From positions 1-64,000 of IMG/VR virus record IMGVR_UViG_3300005281_000001: 64,000 nt of DNA; one strand, written 5' to 3'. Below the pieces are notes generated by a model that saw only the letters and a list, made by a program, of their open reading frames with translations, had not been told where the DNA came from and did no database searches. Shown here piece by piece: positions 52,072-61,666 of this stretch (positions within the stretch are counted from its first letter, which is position 1; each line of letters starts with the position of its first letter). Made by a program: the position numbers and the translations under genes. This DNA is from a virus (taxonomy: Duplodnaviria > Caudoviricetes).

Positions 52072-55000
52072 ATGGGTCGGGGAAAAGACCAGCAGTTCAA
52101 TCTTGACGAATTCCGCTATGTTGACTGTTTCCACATCAATCCTCAGAGCGGGAAGCGCACGAAATGGGTGCGCCTGCCCATTGATAAGCTCGAAGAATTC
52201 CGCAACCAGTGGCAGAACTATAACGTGTTCTCCACCGTCCAACTCTATCGCCTGAAAACGAGACAAGAGGGCGGCGGCGAATTCATGTACGCGCCGCTGT
52301 TCTTTGACATAGACAGCTCGCGCCTCCTTGCGAAGGATACCGACAAGACGCCCCACAAACTGGGGTTGCTTGAGGAAGGCTCCGTGCACCCGGCAGAGAT
52401 CATCCAATACTACCAAGGCACGGATTTAGAGGCGCACCTAAACAACTTTGCAATCGGCATCCCGCTGCCGGACGACGTGTGCAAACGCATCAATGCCATC
52501 GTCGACGAAACCGCTGAGCTTCGGGACTTTGTCTGGATCAAAAATCTCGAGGAAGCTCGGAAGGACGCCGTGAAGCTCATCCACTTCTTCAGGGAGCGAT
52601 TCGGTCTCACGGAAGACGAAATCCGCGTGTACTTCTCCGGGTCGAAGGGCTTTCACATTCTGGTCAATCCGGTTGTGCTCGGCATCCAGCCGGATAAAAA
52701 CCTGCACCGCGTCTTCAAGTACATTGCGACGTATCTTGAAAGCCAGCTTGACCTTCGCTCGCTGGATACGTCTTCGATATACGGACACGGCCGCATGCTT
52801 CGAATGATTAACTCCATGCACCATAAGAGCGGCCGGTTCAAAGTGGAGCTTTATCATCATGAGCTGATGGGTGATCTGTGGCATGTCATCAATAATCTTG
52901 CCCGGGCGCCGCGAATGGAGCTTTACGATCCGGCGAGCCTTGAGTATTCGCCGAATGAACTCGCCCGGGAATGGTACCTGCAGCAGTGGGAGGCCTATCA
53001 GGAATCAACGCAGCTTCACGCTGAGCGGCCGGTTCTGAAGGATGAAGTGCTGTCGCAAATGGAAGGCGTTCCGGTATGTGTGCAATTCATTCTGGACCGC
53101 GGCATCCTGAAGGCCGGCGACCGGAACAAGGCGACGATGGCACTGGCGTCTTACTACAAGGACATCGGCACGCCCATGGAGGAAACGATCAATATCCTGA
53201 CGAAGTGGGCAGAGAAGATTCCGAAATCCATGACCAGCTCGACACCTTCCGAAGTTCGGGCGTCGACGATCTCCTGCATCAAGACCGTGTACACGAATGA
53301 CACCTACCACTTCGGTTGTGCCTTCATTCGCAGCCTGCACGGCGAGCGGAAGGGCCGGGATTACGAGGCGGTTCCATGCGCGGGGCGTGCGTGCCCTGCG
53401 CACGAGGACCACACCATCGACAACATCCCGGCGGAGCACATGCACCTTGCCAAAACGGCGGACGCCCAGTACACCGGCAAGAAGGTCTCCTTCGATGCGC
53501 TGGTTTCGGGCAAGATGGATACGCCGTATATTGTTCCGAAGAAGGTCCGGTTTGTGTGCGCGCATGAGCCTTTCTGCGAGAAGGACTGCATCATGCACGA
53601 CTACGCCGGTTTGATGGAGCGCGAGTTCCACGAGAACGAACGCTTCCTTATCGAGGCCACAAACCAGAGCGACGAGCGTATCAAGAACATCCTGTTCCAC
53701 TACTCACGCGCAAGCTGCAAGAAAGTGCAGTCGGACGTACTGGAGACGGAGAACGTAACGGAAATGCTCGTCGTGCCGATGGCTGATCGGGTGATGACCG
53801 TCCGCAACGTCGACGATAGCGGGCAGGAGCAGGTCACATCCGTTGACGAATCCGGCTACGAGTACGTCAGCCGGAAGATTTACGCTGTTGGCAAGCCGGA
53901 CCAGATTCCGTCCGCCAACCAGCACTACACGATCGAGGGCTTCGTTTACAGCCATCCGCGGAACGCTATGGCGACGATTCTGACGCAGAAGCACATTCCG
54001 AAGGCCGACAGCGTGTCGCAGTTCCGGCTGACGGAAGAAGTCATCCGCGGCTTCGAAGTGTTCAAAGTGGCGCCCGGGGAAACGCTGGACGACCGCATAT
54101 CGCTTATCATAAGCGATCTTGTGGAGAACGTTACGCTCGTCCGCGAGCGTTTCGAGCCGCATCTGGCCGTACTCATGACGTATCATTCCTGCTTGCATTA
54201 CTACTTTCAGGATCAGCTCGAAAAACGCGGATGGATGGAGACGATTTTCGTCGGGGACTCCGGGCAGGCCAAAACGCAGCTCGTCAGCAGCATCATGGAG
54301 TTCTGCGGTTTGGGTAACCTGACTTCCGGCGAGGGATCAAGTCGGACGGGTCTGGTCTACATGCTGGAGCAGATCAACGAGCGCTGGTTCATCAAGTGGG
54401 GAAGCTATCCGCTGTCGGACCGGAAGCTGATTGCAATCGACGAGTTCTCCGAGCTCAACCCGGAGGACTTCGGGAAGATCACGGAAGCGCGCACGACAGG
54501 CGTGCTGAAGCTGACCCGGGCCGGCATCGATACGGAGACGAATGCCCGCGTCCGCCTGATTCTGCTGACCAACCCGGCCAACGCCCGGACGCTGGCAAGC
54601 TTCACGCACGGCGTCGAAAGCTTGAAGCCGCTGTTTGCGTCGCCGGCCGACATACGGCGCCTTGATCTCGCGGTATTCCTCCAATCCGGGGATGTTCCGA
54701 AGTCGGTACTGAACGCGGAGCACTCGGCAACGCGCCGGCAGCTTATCACGTCCGAAGTGCTGCGAAACAGTGTCCTGTGGGCGTGGAGCCGGCGGCCGGA
54801 GCAGATCGAGATCACGCCGGCAGCTATGAAGCGTATCCTGCAACTGGCCGATGTGCTGGGCGACAAGTACGGCTACGCACAGGACATTCCGCTTATGGAG
54901 CCTTCCGATCTTCGGAAGAAGCTTGCTCGGATGTCGATCGCGCTGGCGGCGCTGGTCCATTCGACGGACGAAGAACACGAGAAGGTCATCGTGCTGCCGG

Positions 55001-55359
55001 AGCACGTCGAGTACGTTTCCGACTTCGTGCAGGTAGTGTACGACAACAAGAATGCGCGGCTGGACGTTTACGCGGCGAAGTCGAAGGAGGAAACGGAGTT
55101 GACGCCGGAAGAGCGTGCTATCGTCGACAAGGCCCTGAACGATCTCGACTTTGCAGACAGCGCGCCGGTGTCGGCGGAAATACTCGACTTGTTCCGAAAG
55201 AACGAAATCCTGAAGCCTGTCGAGATCATCGACATGCTGGGGTACGAGCGTGGGCAGGTTAACTCGAGGCTGTCCATCCTGACGAAGCATAGCATGATTA
55301 CGCGGACGCGCGACGGTCTTCGGAAGCTTCCGAAGTTCATTGAATTCCTGAACGCATGA
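52072..55359 (+). CDS. Primase-helicase: archaeo-eukaryotic primase + PriCT + MCM-like AAA+ helicase
   Basis: FFDID, YFSGSKGFH, RMLR (AEP); GDRNKA (PriCT); GDSGQAKTQ, GSSRTGL, IAIDEF, TNP, IRRLDL (MCM). Confidence 0.88.
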   Translation: MGRGKDQQFNLDEFRYVDCFHINPQSGKRTKWVRLPIDKLEEFRNQWQNYNVFSTVQLYRLKTRQEGGGEFMYAPLFFDIDSSRLLAKDTDKTPHKLGLLEEGSVHPAEIIQYYQGTDLEAHLNNFAIGIPLPDDVCKRINAIVDETAELRDFVWIKNLEEARKDAVKLIHFFRERFGLTEDEIRVYFSGSKGFHILVNPVVLGIQPDKNLHRVFKYIATYLESQLDLRSLDTSSIYGHGRMLRMINSMHHKSGRFKVELYHHELMGDLWHVINNLARAPRMELYDPASLEYSPNELAREWYLQQWEAYQESTQLHAERPVLKDEVLSQMEGVPVCVQFILDRGILKAGDRNKATMALASYYKDIGTPMEETINILTKWAEKIPKSMTSSTPSEVRASTISCIKTVYTNDTYHFGCAFIRSLHGERKGRDYEAVPCAGRACPAHEDHTIDNIPAEHMHLAKTADAQYTGKKVSFDALVSGKMDTPYIVPKKVRFVCAHEPFCEKDCIMHDYAGLMEREFHENERFLIEATNQSDERIKNILFHYSRASCKKVQSDVLETENVTEMLVVPMADRVMTVRNVDDSGQEQVTSVDESGYEYVSRKIYAVGKPDQIPSANQHYTIEGFVYSHPRNAMATILTQKHIPKADSVSQFRLTEEVIRGFEVFKVAPGETLDDRISLIISDLVENVTLVRERFEPHLAVLMTYHSCLHYYFQDQLEKRGWMETIFVGDSGQAKTQLVSSIMEFCGLGNLTSGEGSSRTGLVYMLEQINERWFIKWGSYPLSDRKLIAIDEFSELNPEDFGKITEARTTGVLKLTRAGIDTETNARVRLILLTNPANARTLASFTHGVESLKPLFASPADIRRLDLAVFLQSGDVPKSVLNAEHSATRRQLITSEVLRNSVLWAWSRRPEQIEITPAAMKRILQLADVLGDKYGYAQDIPLMEPSDLRKKLARMSIALAALVHSTDEEHEKVIVLPEHVEYVSDFVQVVYDNKNARLDVYAAKSKEETELTPEERAIVDKALNDLDFADSAPVSAEILDLFRKNEILKPVEIIDMLGYERGQVNSRLSILTKHSMITRTRDGLRKLPKFIEFLNA

Positions 55360-55376
55360 AAGGAGGGTGAGCATCT

Positions 55377-55757
55377 ATGCGACCGGAAGCGGCGGACATT
55401 TTGGCGAAATACGAGGCGAAGACCGCTGCCGCCCGGGCCCGGGGCAGTCAAGTCAAAGAATTCAGCGATCCGAGCATCAATGATCTGCTGTTCATCAAGG
55501 CTGTCCTGCATCCGACGGCGAAAGCGGACAGCCGGGAGCTGACCCGGAAGCTCATCACCTTGTTGTGCGAGCGGAAAATTTGCACGGCGGAGGAAATCTA
55601 TGAGGCACTGGAGTGCTCCGATAAGCCGATCCTGCGCCGGCTGCGCATCCTTCGCCAGAACGGCTTCGTCCGACGTGAGTCGAAGAAGTACTATCTCGCC
55701 ACGCATAGACTTTATGTGCTGTTCGAACGTCATCTTGACCGTGTATGTGGAGTGTGA
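55377..55757 (+). CDS. Winged-helix protein
   Basis: TAEEIYEAL..PILRRLRILRQNGFVRR..KYYL. Confidence 0.7.
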   Translation: MRPEAADILAKYEAKTAAARARGSQVKEFSDPSINDLLFIKAVLHPTAKADSRELTRKLITLLCERKICTAEEIYEALECSDKPILRRLRILRQNGFVRRESKKYYLATHRLYVLFERHLDRVCGV

Positions 55758-55766
55758 CGCAGCAGC

Positions 55767-58700
55767 ATGACCGTCGTAAACATTAGGCATTTCGGAAGTG
55801 AGTATGACGTTTACATCGGCCGCGGCAGCAAATGGGGAAATCCGTTCTCCCACAAGAGCGGCACGCTGGCGAAGCACGTCGTCAAGACCCGGAAAGAGGC
55901 GATTGAACGCTACCGGGAATGGGTTTTGACGCAGCCAACCCTGCTGCAGGACATCCTCGACGGCGAACTGGATGGGAAACGCCTCGGATGCTTTTGTAAG
56001 CCGTATGACTGCCACGGTGATGTATTGCTGGAGCTTACCCGAAATAAGGAGCTGGTACGATTGAGTCTGGAAAAGCTGAAGCAAAAGATTGCCGAGCAGA
56101 AGGCTGGAAGGAAGTCGAGCCTGCTGACCGGCGAAGGAATCGAGCCGGCGCGGAAATTCACGCCTGTTAAGGTCGAGCGACCGGCAGCGCCACCACAGAC
56201 GGCAGCGCCACCACAGACGGCAGCACCACCACAGCCGGCTCAGACGGCCACAGCGGTGCCTCCACGGCCTCAGATGCCGGCAAGGGTAGTACCGACGCCT
56301 CCGCGACCGCCCGCGCCTCAGATGACGCAGCAGGCGCCTCAGCAGCCCGTGAACACAGCGCCTGTACACGCAGCACCCGTAGCCCGTCCGCATGCACCTG
56401 CGGTTCCCCATCTTCCGAAGATGACGCAGGCTCAGCGAGAGGCTGCAGTCGGCGCGCCGGCCAACTTCGACATGGAAAACCCGCACGGGTACGTTGCATT
56501 CGGAAAGCACGATGTCGACAAGCTGAACTGGTTGAAGGAGCAGATTCTTCAGCACAAGATCATGGCCTTCGACTACGAGACGGACGGCGACCCGGATGAC
56601 GAGACGACAGACCCGCAGGACCACGTGCTGGTCGGCGTGTCCTGCACATTCCGAACCGGATTCGCAGTGTACCTACCGATTGCGCACGACAACTACGGCG
56701 CCAACTGGGATAAGCAGTGGCTTGTCGATAATTTCCTGAAGCCGCTTTTGGAGCACCCGGACGTTTACATAATCGCGCACAACATCAAAGCGGAGTATCA
56801 GTGGAGCTTGCTTGTCGGCATCGACTTCTTCCACAAGGCGCAGCTTCGGAAGTGCATGGATACGATGCTGATGGTCAAGTCCGTCGCGCTGCCGGAGACG
56901 GTGCATCTGTTTGACGGATCGTGGGAAGTCGTTGTCGGTTTGAAACCTACGGTAAAGACGATTCTGGCCGACGAGAACGGTATGGTTCATGGACTCATCC
57001 ACGTCGACGATATCAAGAGCTTCAAGGAGACCGTCGGCCGCATCGAGTGGGAGGAACCGATCCCGGGTGAGTTTTATAAGTCCGGGGAGAAGAAGGGCCA
57101 ACCAAAGACGAAGAAGATGAGCCGCAGCCGCACATTCAACGAGCTGCCGGTTGATAAGCATACCATCGACTATGCCGCATCGGACTCAGACTGGGCATTG
57201 GGCGTGTTCCAGTACTATCTGCCGATCTGCGAGGCCGCCGGTGTCATGGACACGCTCTATGAGCTCGACGTAATGCGGATGATGGTTCTGGCCGAATACG
57301 AGCTGGCGGGCTGGCATATCAGCCGCGACAAGCTGCTTGCGCTCGGCGACGTTGCGCAGAAGGCCTTGTACGGAGACCCGGACGCGGATACGGAAGAAGC
57401 GCAGCTAGGACTGGAGCGTTTGCTTCAGCTTGAACTGATGGCGCTTGTGCCGGACGCAAAACGGGTAACCGCCCCGGAAACCGGATGGGAAACGATTGAA
57501 GTACCGGCTGGCAAGTACCCGATGGGCAGGGGACGCGTCTCCGGCAGCCGCGACAAGCAGGACGTGTTTCTGGAGATCAAGTCTCCGAAGCCGTTTAACT
57601 GGGGAAGCACACAACACAAGCAGTGGCTGTTCTATCACATCTTGAAGTTCCCCACGGACGGCGTTGACCGATCGAAGTCGACCGGGCTTCCGACGACAGA
57701 TGGTGAGACAATCGACCGCTTCATCAAGGAGTACGAGGGCGACAGCCGGTTCATGGAGCTTCTGAAGGAGCGCGCGAAGTACCACAAGATGTACTCGACT
57801 TACGTGGAAGGCCTGCTGCCGTTCTGCCGGGTGGATACCGACCGCATCCACACGAACCTGAAGCTCGTGTCAACGTGGCGGCTGTCCTCCAGCAAACCGA
57901 ACCTTCAGAACATCCCGAGGCCGGATAATGACCCGATGGGCATCCGAAGCGTCTTCGTGGCGCCGCATCTGCCGCCGACCGGCGAGCTGCACGTGCCGGA
58001 AAAGCGCATCCTGCTGCCGGACAAGACGCCGTCGACTTCGGAACCGATGATCGTAACGCCGGATAAGCTCAATCCGTGGACGGCAAAAACATGGCACTTC
58101 ATCATCGGCAACCGCCTCTCCGGTCATGTGTTCTATATCAGCGCCGATTACAGCCAGATCGAGCTGAAAGTGCTGGCATGGTTCGCCAACGAGCGCACCA
58201 TGATTGAAACGTTGGCAAACGGCGGCGACCTGCATAGTAAGGTTGCGAAGGACGTATTCAAGCTGGACTGCGAAGTCGAGCAGGTCAAAGAGCGGTACAA
58301 ACCGTTCCGGTACCGGGCGAAGAAGGTCAACTTCGGTTTGGTCTACGGCATGACGGAGTACGGGCTGTCCTCCGACCCGAAAATGGGTATGACGGTCGAA
58401 CAGGCGAAGCAGTTCATCGAGGACTATATGCGCACGTATCCGGGCGTTCGGGAATACGCAAACGAGCAGATCGCCTTTGCTCGCAAGAACGGCTACGTCA
58501 CGACGATGTTCGGCCACCGTCGGCCGGTGCCGCACATCAATGACCCGAACAAGTGGGTGCGGCAGAAGGCGGAGAACATCTGCATGAACACGCCGATTCA
58601 GGGCAGCGCGGCTGACATCATGGCGCTTGCTATGGTCAACCTTCGGAAGGAACAAGATCGCTGCCCGGCGCTCTCCATGCACATGCAGATTCACGACGAG

Positions 58701-58979
58701 CTTCAGGGGCAGGCGCCGGTTGAACATGCGGTCGAAGCTGCGGTGTTCATGAAAGAGGTCATGGAACGGCCGATTGACGGATTCTCGGATATCATGCCGA
58801 TTACGGCAGATGCTGCGGTCGGCGCGACGTGGGATACAGCGCTGGACCTGCAATTCGAACCGGACGGAACGCCGTTCGTGAAACCGAAGAAGGAGAAGAA
58901 GGAAGCGACCGACGTAACCTACGACATGATCGCGCCCTACGAGCATTTGTATAAGCTTGCCGGAATCAAGATTGCGTGA
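55767..58979 (+). CDS. polA: Family A DNA polymerase with N-terminal DUF4326-like domain and Pro-rich linker
   Basis: VYIGRGSKWGNPF..LGCFCKP..CHGDVL; exonuclease DYET, HNIK, YAASD; RLSSSKPNLQNIP, DYSQIEL, RAKKVNFGLVYG, NTPIQG, IHDEL. Confidence 0.93.
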   Translation: MTVVNIRHFGSEYDVYIGRGSKWGNPFSHKSGTLAKHVVKTRKEAIERYREWVLTQPTLLQDILDGELDGKRLGCFCKPYDCHGDVLLELTRNKELVRLSLEKLKQKIAEQKAGRKSSLLTGEGIEPARKFTPVKVERPAAPPQTAAPPQTAAPPQPAQTATAVPPRPQMPARVVPTPPRPPAPQMTQQAPQQPVNTAPVHAAPVARPHAPAVPHLPKMTQAQREAAVGAPANFDMENPHGYVAFGKHDVDKLNWLKEQILQHKIMAFDYETDGDPDDETTDPQDHVLVGVSCTFRTGFAVYLPIAHDNYGANWDKQWLVDNFLKPLLEHPDVYIIAHNIKAEYQWSLLVGIDFFHKAQLRKCMDTMLMVKSVALPETVHLFDGSWEVVVGLKPTVKTILADENGMVHGLIHVDDIKSFKETVGRIEWEEPIPGEFYKSGEKKGQPKTKKMSRSRTFNELPVDKHTIDYAASDSDWALGVFQYYLPICEAAGVMDTLYELDVMRMMVLAEYELAGWHISRDKLLALGDVAQKALYGDPDADTEEAQLGLERLLQLELMALVPDAKRVTAPETGWETIEVPAGKYPMGRGRVSGSRDKQDVFLEIKSPKPFNWGSTQHKQWLFYHILKFPTDGVDRSKSTGLPTTDGETIDRFIKEYEGDSRFMELLKERAKYHKMYSTYVEGLLPFCRVDTDRIHTNLKLVSTWRLSSSKPNLQNIPRPDNDPMGIRSVFVAPHLPPTGELHVPEKRILLPDKTPSTSEPMIVTPDKLNPWTAKTWHFIIGNRLSGHVFYISADYSQIELKVLAWFANERTMIETLANGGDLHSKVAKDVFKLDCEVEQVKERYKPFRYRAKKVNFGLVYGMTEYGLSSDPKMGMTVEQAKQFIEDYMRTYPGVREYANEQIAFARKNGYVTTMFGHRRPVPHINDPNKWVRQKAENICMNTPIQGSAADIMALAMVNLRKEQDRCPALSMHMQIHDELQGQAPVEHAVEAAVFMKEVMERPIDGFSDIMPITADAAVGATWDTALDLQFEPDGTPFVKPKKEKKEATDVTYDMIAPYEHLYKLAGIKIA

Positions 58980-59002
58980 CGGCTCGGCTGGCGCGCAATA
59001 AC

Positions 59003-59025
59003 TTACGATCTTCGGAAGATCGTAA
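59003..59025. promoter_or_regulatory. Perfect 23-bp palindrome centred on CTTCGGAAG
   Basis: TTACGATCTTC-G-GAAGATCGTAA, intergenic after polA. Confidence 0.7.
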
Positions 59026-59078
59026 TAGCACAGGGCACCGTTTAGCGGTATGCTGAAGGCAGGAAGGAGGACTACGAT

Positions 59079-59246
59079 ATGGACAATCAGATGATCGACG
59101 ACAAGCCGTTGAGTCAGTGGATGGCTGAATGGGGCTACCGCTGGACGGGCCCTGAGCAGCTTATCAAAGGCCGGCTCAGCCGGTCAGACGCAGCGGCGCT
59201 GCTGGCACGGATGCGCGCGGAAGGGGCAGTGGTCTGTGAGCAATAA
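59079..59246 (+). CDS. 55-aa hypothetical protein (below ORF-track cutoff)
   Basis: SD AAGGAGG; MDNQMIDDKPLSQWMAEWGYRW...; overlaps the next start. Confidence 0.6.
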   Translation: MDNQMIDDKPLSQWMAEWGYRWTGPEQLIKGRLSRSDAAALLARMRAEGAVVCEQ

Positions 59247-59511
59247 TAAACAGGAACTGGATGCGTTTTTCCTGCCGATGATCGCGCACGCGGAGGCGTT
59301 TACGCAGTGGACGGATAAACTTCCGAAGTACCTTATAATTAACCCGGACATTCTGACGCGCCTGTCGCGCATCGAAGGGTTCTACCAACGGCCGGAGGTT
59401 GCGTCGATGGTGTCTGCACACGCGCCGATCGTGCGGTACTTCAAGCTTCCGATGTGTACGGTCATGATCCATGAATCACCGGAAGAAGACTTTTACCACT
59501 TCGAGAGCTAG
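59236..59511 (+). CDS. Hypothetical protein
   Basis: GTG start after AAGGGG; in operon. Confidence 0.55.
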   Translation: MSNNKQELDAFFLPMIAHAEAFTQWTDKLPKYLIINPDILTRLSRIEGFYQRPEVASMVSAHAPIVRYFKLPMCTVMIHESPEEDFYHFES

Positions 59512-59513
59512 GG

Positions 59514-59873
59514 GTGGTCGACATGTATTTCTATTCCGACTCGACCGGCAGCGCTGCGACCGCCCGGATCGCCCTCTATCAGGAGGGCGACTGGGTGGAG
59601 GGCGTTACGCTTTCGCGGCATACGGTCATGGGGTATGTTGAGGAAATCGACCGCGTCAAGCGGCAGCTTCTGATCCGGGTTATCCGAAGCTGCTGCGGCG
59701 AGGTCGATGAGCTAGAATGGGCACATGTCAACGAAATCCGCCCGCTTCTGAACATCAATCCGAATTCGGATGAAGCCTACTTGCGCAGCATGATTGATCT
59801 GGCGCTGGAGACCTTCGACGAGGAATGGTTCAACCAGCTTACCGCAAGGCTTCTCCGCATTCGGAAGGGGTGA
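59514..59873 (+). CDS. IDEAL-domain protein
   Basis: C-terminal MIDLALETFDEEWFNQLT. Confidence 0.75.
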   Translation: MVDMYFYSDSTGSAATARIALYQEGDWVEGVTLSRHTVMGYVEEIDRVKRQLLIRVIRSCCGEVDELEWAHVNEIRPLLNINPNSDEAYLRSMIDLALETFDEEWFNQLTARLLRIRKG

Positions 59874-59877
59874 GTGT

Positions 59878-60417
59878 ATGCTGACGATTCTCGGTATTGA
59901 TCCCGGGACCGCGAACACCGGGTACGCGATTATTCAGGGCGACACCCATACCGGAAAAGCGTCGCTCGGATCGTTCGGCGTCTGGCAGACAACGAAGGCC
60001 AGCGGGCTTACGGTGCGCGACCGCATTGACTCGCTGGCGGACCAGTACGCCGACCTGATAAGGATTTCCGGCGTTCAGATGGTGTCTGTGGAGGACTTCA
60101 CAGAGCAGGGCCGGCGCGTCGGCAAGACCTACAAGGACATGGCGTGGTTGGTAGAAAACCTGCGAATCACTGGACGAACGCTGGGCGTACCCGTTTACAT
60201 ATACAAAAACGCGGAGTGGAAGCGGATCATCATGCATGCCGGACAGGCGACGAAACGGCAGGTTCAGCATTTCGTATCGCACAACATTGCCGGCGCGGAA
60301 CGTCTGAGAGGTTTCCCGGACCATGTATGGGATGCCGCGGCCATTGGATACTGCCTATTTTGGCAGCGACATTTGGAGATAAAGTTGCTGTCCTCAGCAC
60401 GAACTCAGAAGCCCTAG
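59878..60417 (+). CDS. ruvC: RuvC-like Holliday junction resolvase
   Basis: ILGIDPG, VSVED, ATKRQVQ, DHVWDAAAIG. Confidence 0.9.
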   Translation: MLTILGIDPGTANTGYAIIQGDTHTGKASLGSFGVWQTTKASGLTVRDRIDSLADQYADLIRISGVQMVSVEDFTEQGRRVGKTYKDMAWLVENLRITGRTLGVPVYIYKNAEWKRIIMHAGQATKRQVQHFVSHNIAGAERLRGFPDHVWDAAAIGYCLFWQRHLEIKLLSSARTQKP

Positions 60418-60474
60418 AATTCTGGTATAGTGCCTGTGTATGCTATGGGTATCAAAGATAAGGAGGAAACAGCC

Positions 60475-61116
60475 GTGTGGGATATCAAACACTATGCACC
60501 TACTCTACCGGAAATCGTATTTGAGCGCGTCCGCAAGGACGCCGTTCTTCCGAAGTACGCTGATGAGCACGCATCGGGCATGGATGTGTACGCTGCGGAG
60601 TCGGTTATCCTGCTTCCGCAGGAACAGGCCATTATTCCGATCGGAGTAAAAATGCATCTTCCGAAGCATCCATATCATGATCTCGGCTACCGGTGGGGTG
60701 TAACGGTCCGCCCGCGGTCGGGCCTGTCGAGCCGCACGTCGCTGGTGGTTGCACTAGGCACAGTGGACAACAACTACCGGCATGAGGTCGGCGTAATCGT
60801 TAAAAACGATGCGCAGATCGATTACGCCGTCATCCACGACACAGACGACAACGGCGTTCCGTACAACATCGAACTGTACGACGTGCCTGATCGCGTGTTC
60901 GATCTGGAAGGAAAAGCCGTCCCGCTGGAGGAAGTCGCTCAGATAGCGAATCCCTTACAGGCATTGGTAAAGGGATCACTGCTCATTCGAAAGGGAGACC
61001 GGATCGCGCAGCTCGTTGTGGAGCAGGTTGTCCGCCCGCTGGCGATTCGTGAGGGGAAAGTCTCGGACGAGGATGCCCGCGGCGGCGGATTCGGACATAC
61101 GGGGGTGCGAGGGTAA
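60475..61116 (+). CDS. dut: Trimeric dUTPase with long insertion
   Basis: SGMDV, RPRSG, GTVDNNYR, GDRIAQL, RGGGFGHTG. Confidence 0.93.
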   Translation: MWDIKHYAPTLPEIVFERVRKDAVLPKYADEHASGMDVYAAESVILLPQEQAIIPIGVKMHLPKHPYHDLGYRWGVTVRPRSGLSSRTSLVVALGTVDNNYRHEVGVIVKNDAQIDYAVIHDTDDNGVPYNIELYDVPDRVFDLEGKAVPLEEVAQIANPLQALVKGSLLIRKGDRIAQLVVEQVVRPLAIREGKVSDEDARGGGFGHTGVRG

Positions 61117-61559
61117 TGACGACAGAAACAGCTACCAGCCAGCAGCTTTATTTCATCCGCATGCAGGCATCTTCCGAAGGTGACGTGCGGATCGTAAAGG
61201 AGCTTACGGCGTACACCGTCGAGAAAGTGACGGACAAAAGCTATGTCATCCGGCGCGTCGTGCCAGACCCGCTGATGAACATCGGAAAGCGGCCGCGTAG
61301 CCTCGACCGGCGCCTTGTCGGCGAGAACTTCCCGGTTATCCGCCATAGGATCACGGTCGATCCTGATACGCTGTGTCTTACGATATCCGCGGAGACGTGG
61401 ACGTTTGGCAACATCGACGAGCATGTGCAGGAGCTTGAGCACCATATCGCTTCCGTTCTGCGCCGGATGACGGCTGAGGCGGAGACGGTCATCGACGAGG
61501 TCGAATACCGGCAGGACGCGCAAACCAGAAGTGACCGCGTATTCAAGTTGACCAGCTAA
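61116..61559 (+). CDS. Hypothetical protein
   Basis: TAATG coupling to dut. Confidence 0.6.
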   Translation: MTTETATSQQLYFIRMQASSEGDVRIVKELTAYTVEKVTDKSYVIRRVVPDPLMNIGKRPRSLDRRLVGENFPVIRHRITVDPDTLCLTISAETWTFGNIDEHVQELEHHIASVLRRMTAEAETVIDEVEYRQDAQTRSDRVFKLTS

Positions 61560-61564
61560 ACGAT

Positions 61565-61590
61565 ACGGGCGCGAAAGCGCCTGTTTTGTT
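61565..61590 (+). terminator. Intrinsic terminator (GAAA tetraloop)
   Basis: ACGGGCGC-GAAA-GCGCCTGT then TTTGTT. Confidence 0.75.
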
Positions 61591-61647
61591 TAAAGTTGTC
61601 TAAAGTTGTCCAAAGTTGTTGACATTGCGGCAGCACTGTCCTAAACT
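61586..61647 (+). promoter_or_regulatory. Sigma-A promoter preceded by three AAAGTTGT repeats (copy set 3)
   Basis: TAAAGTTGTC TAAAGTTGTC CAAAGTTG then TTGACA-17 bp-TAAACT. Confidence 0.8.
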
Positions 61648-61666
61648 GGTAATGTACTAAAAACCT

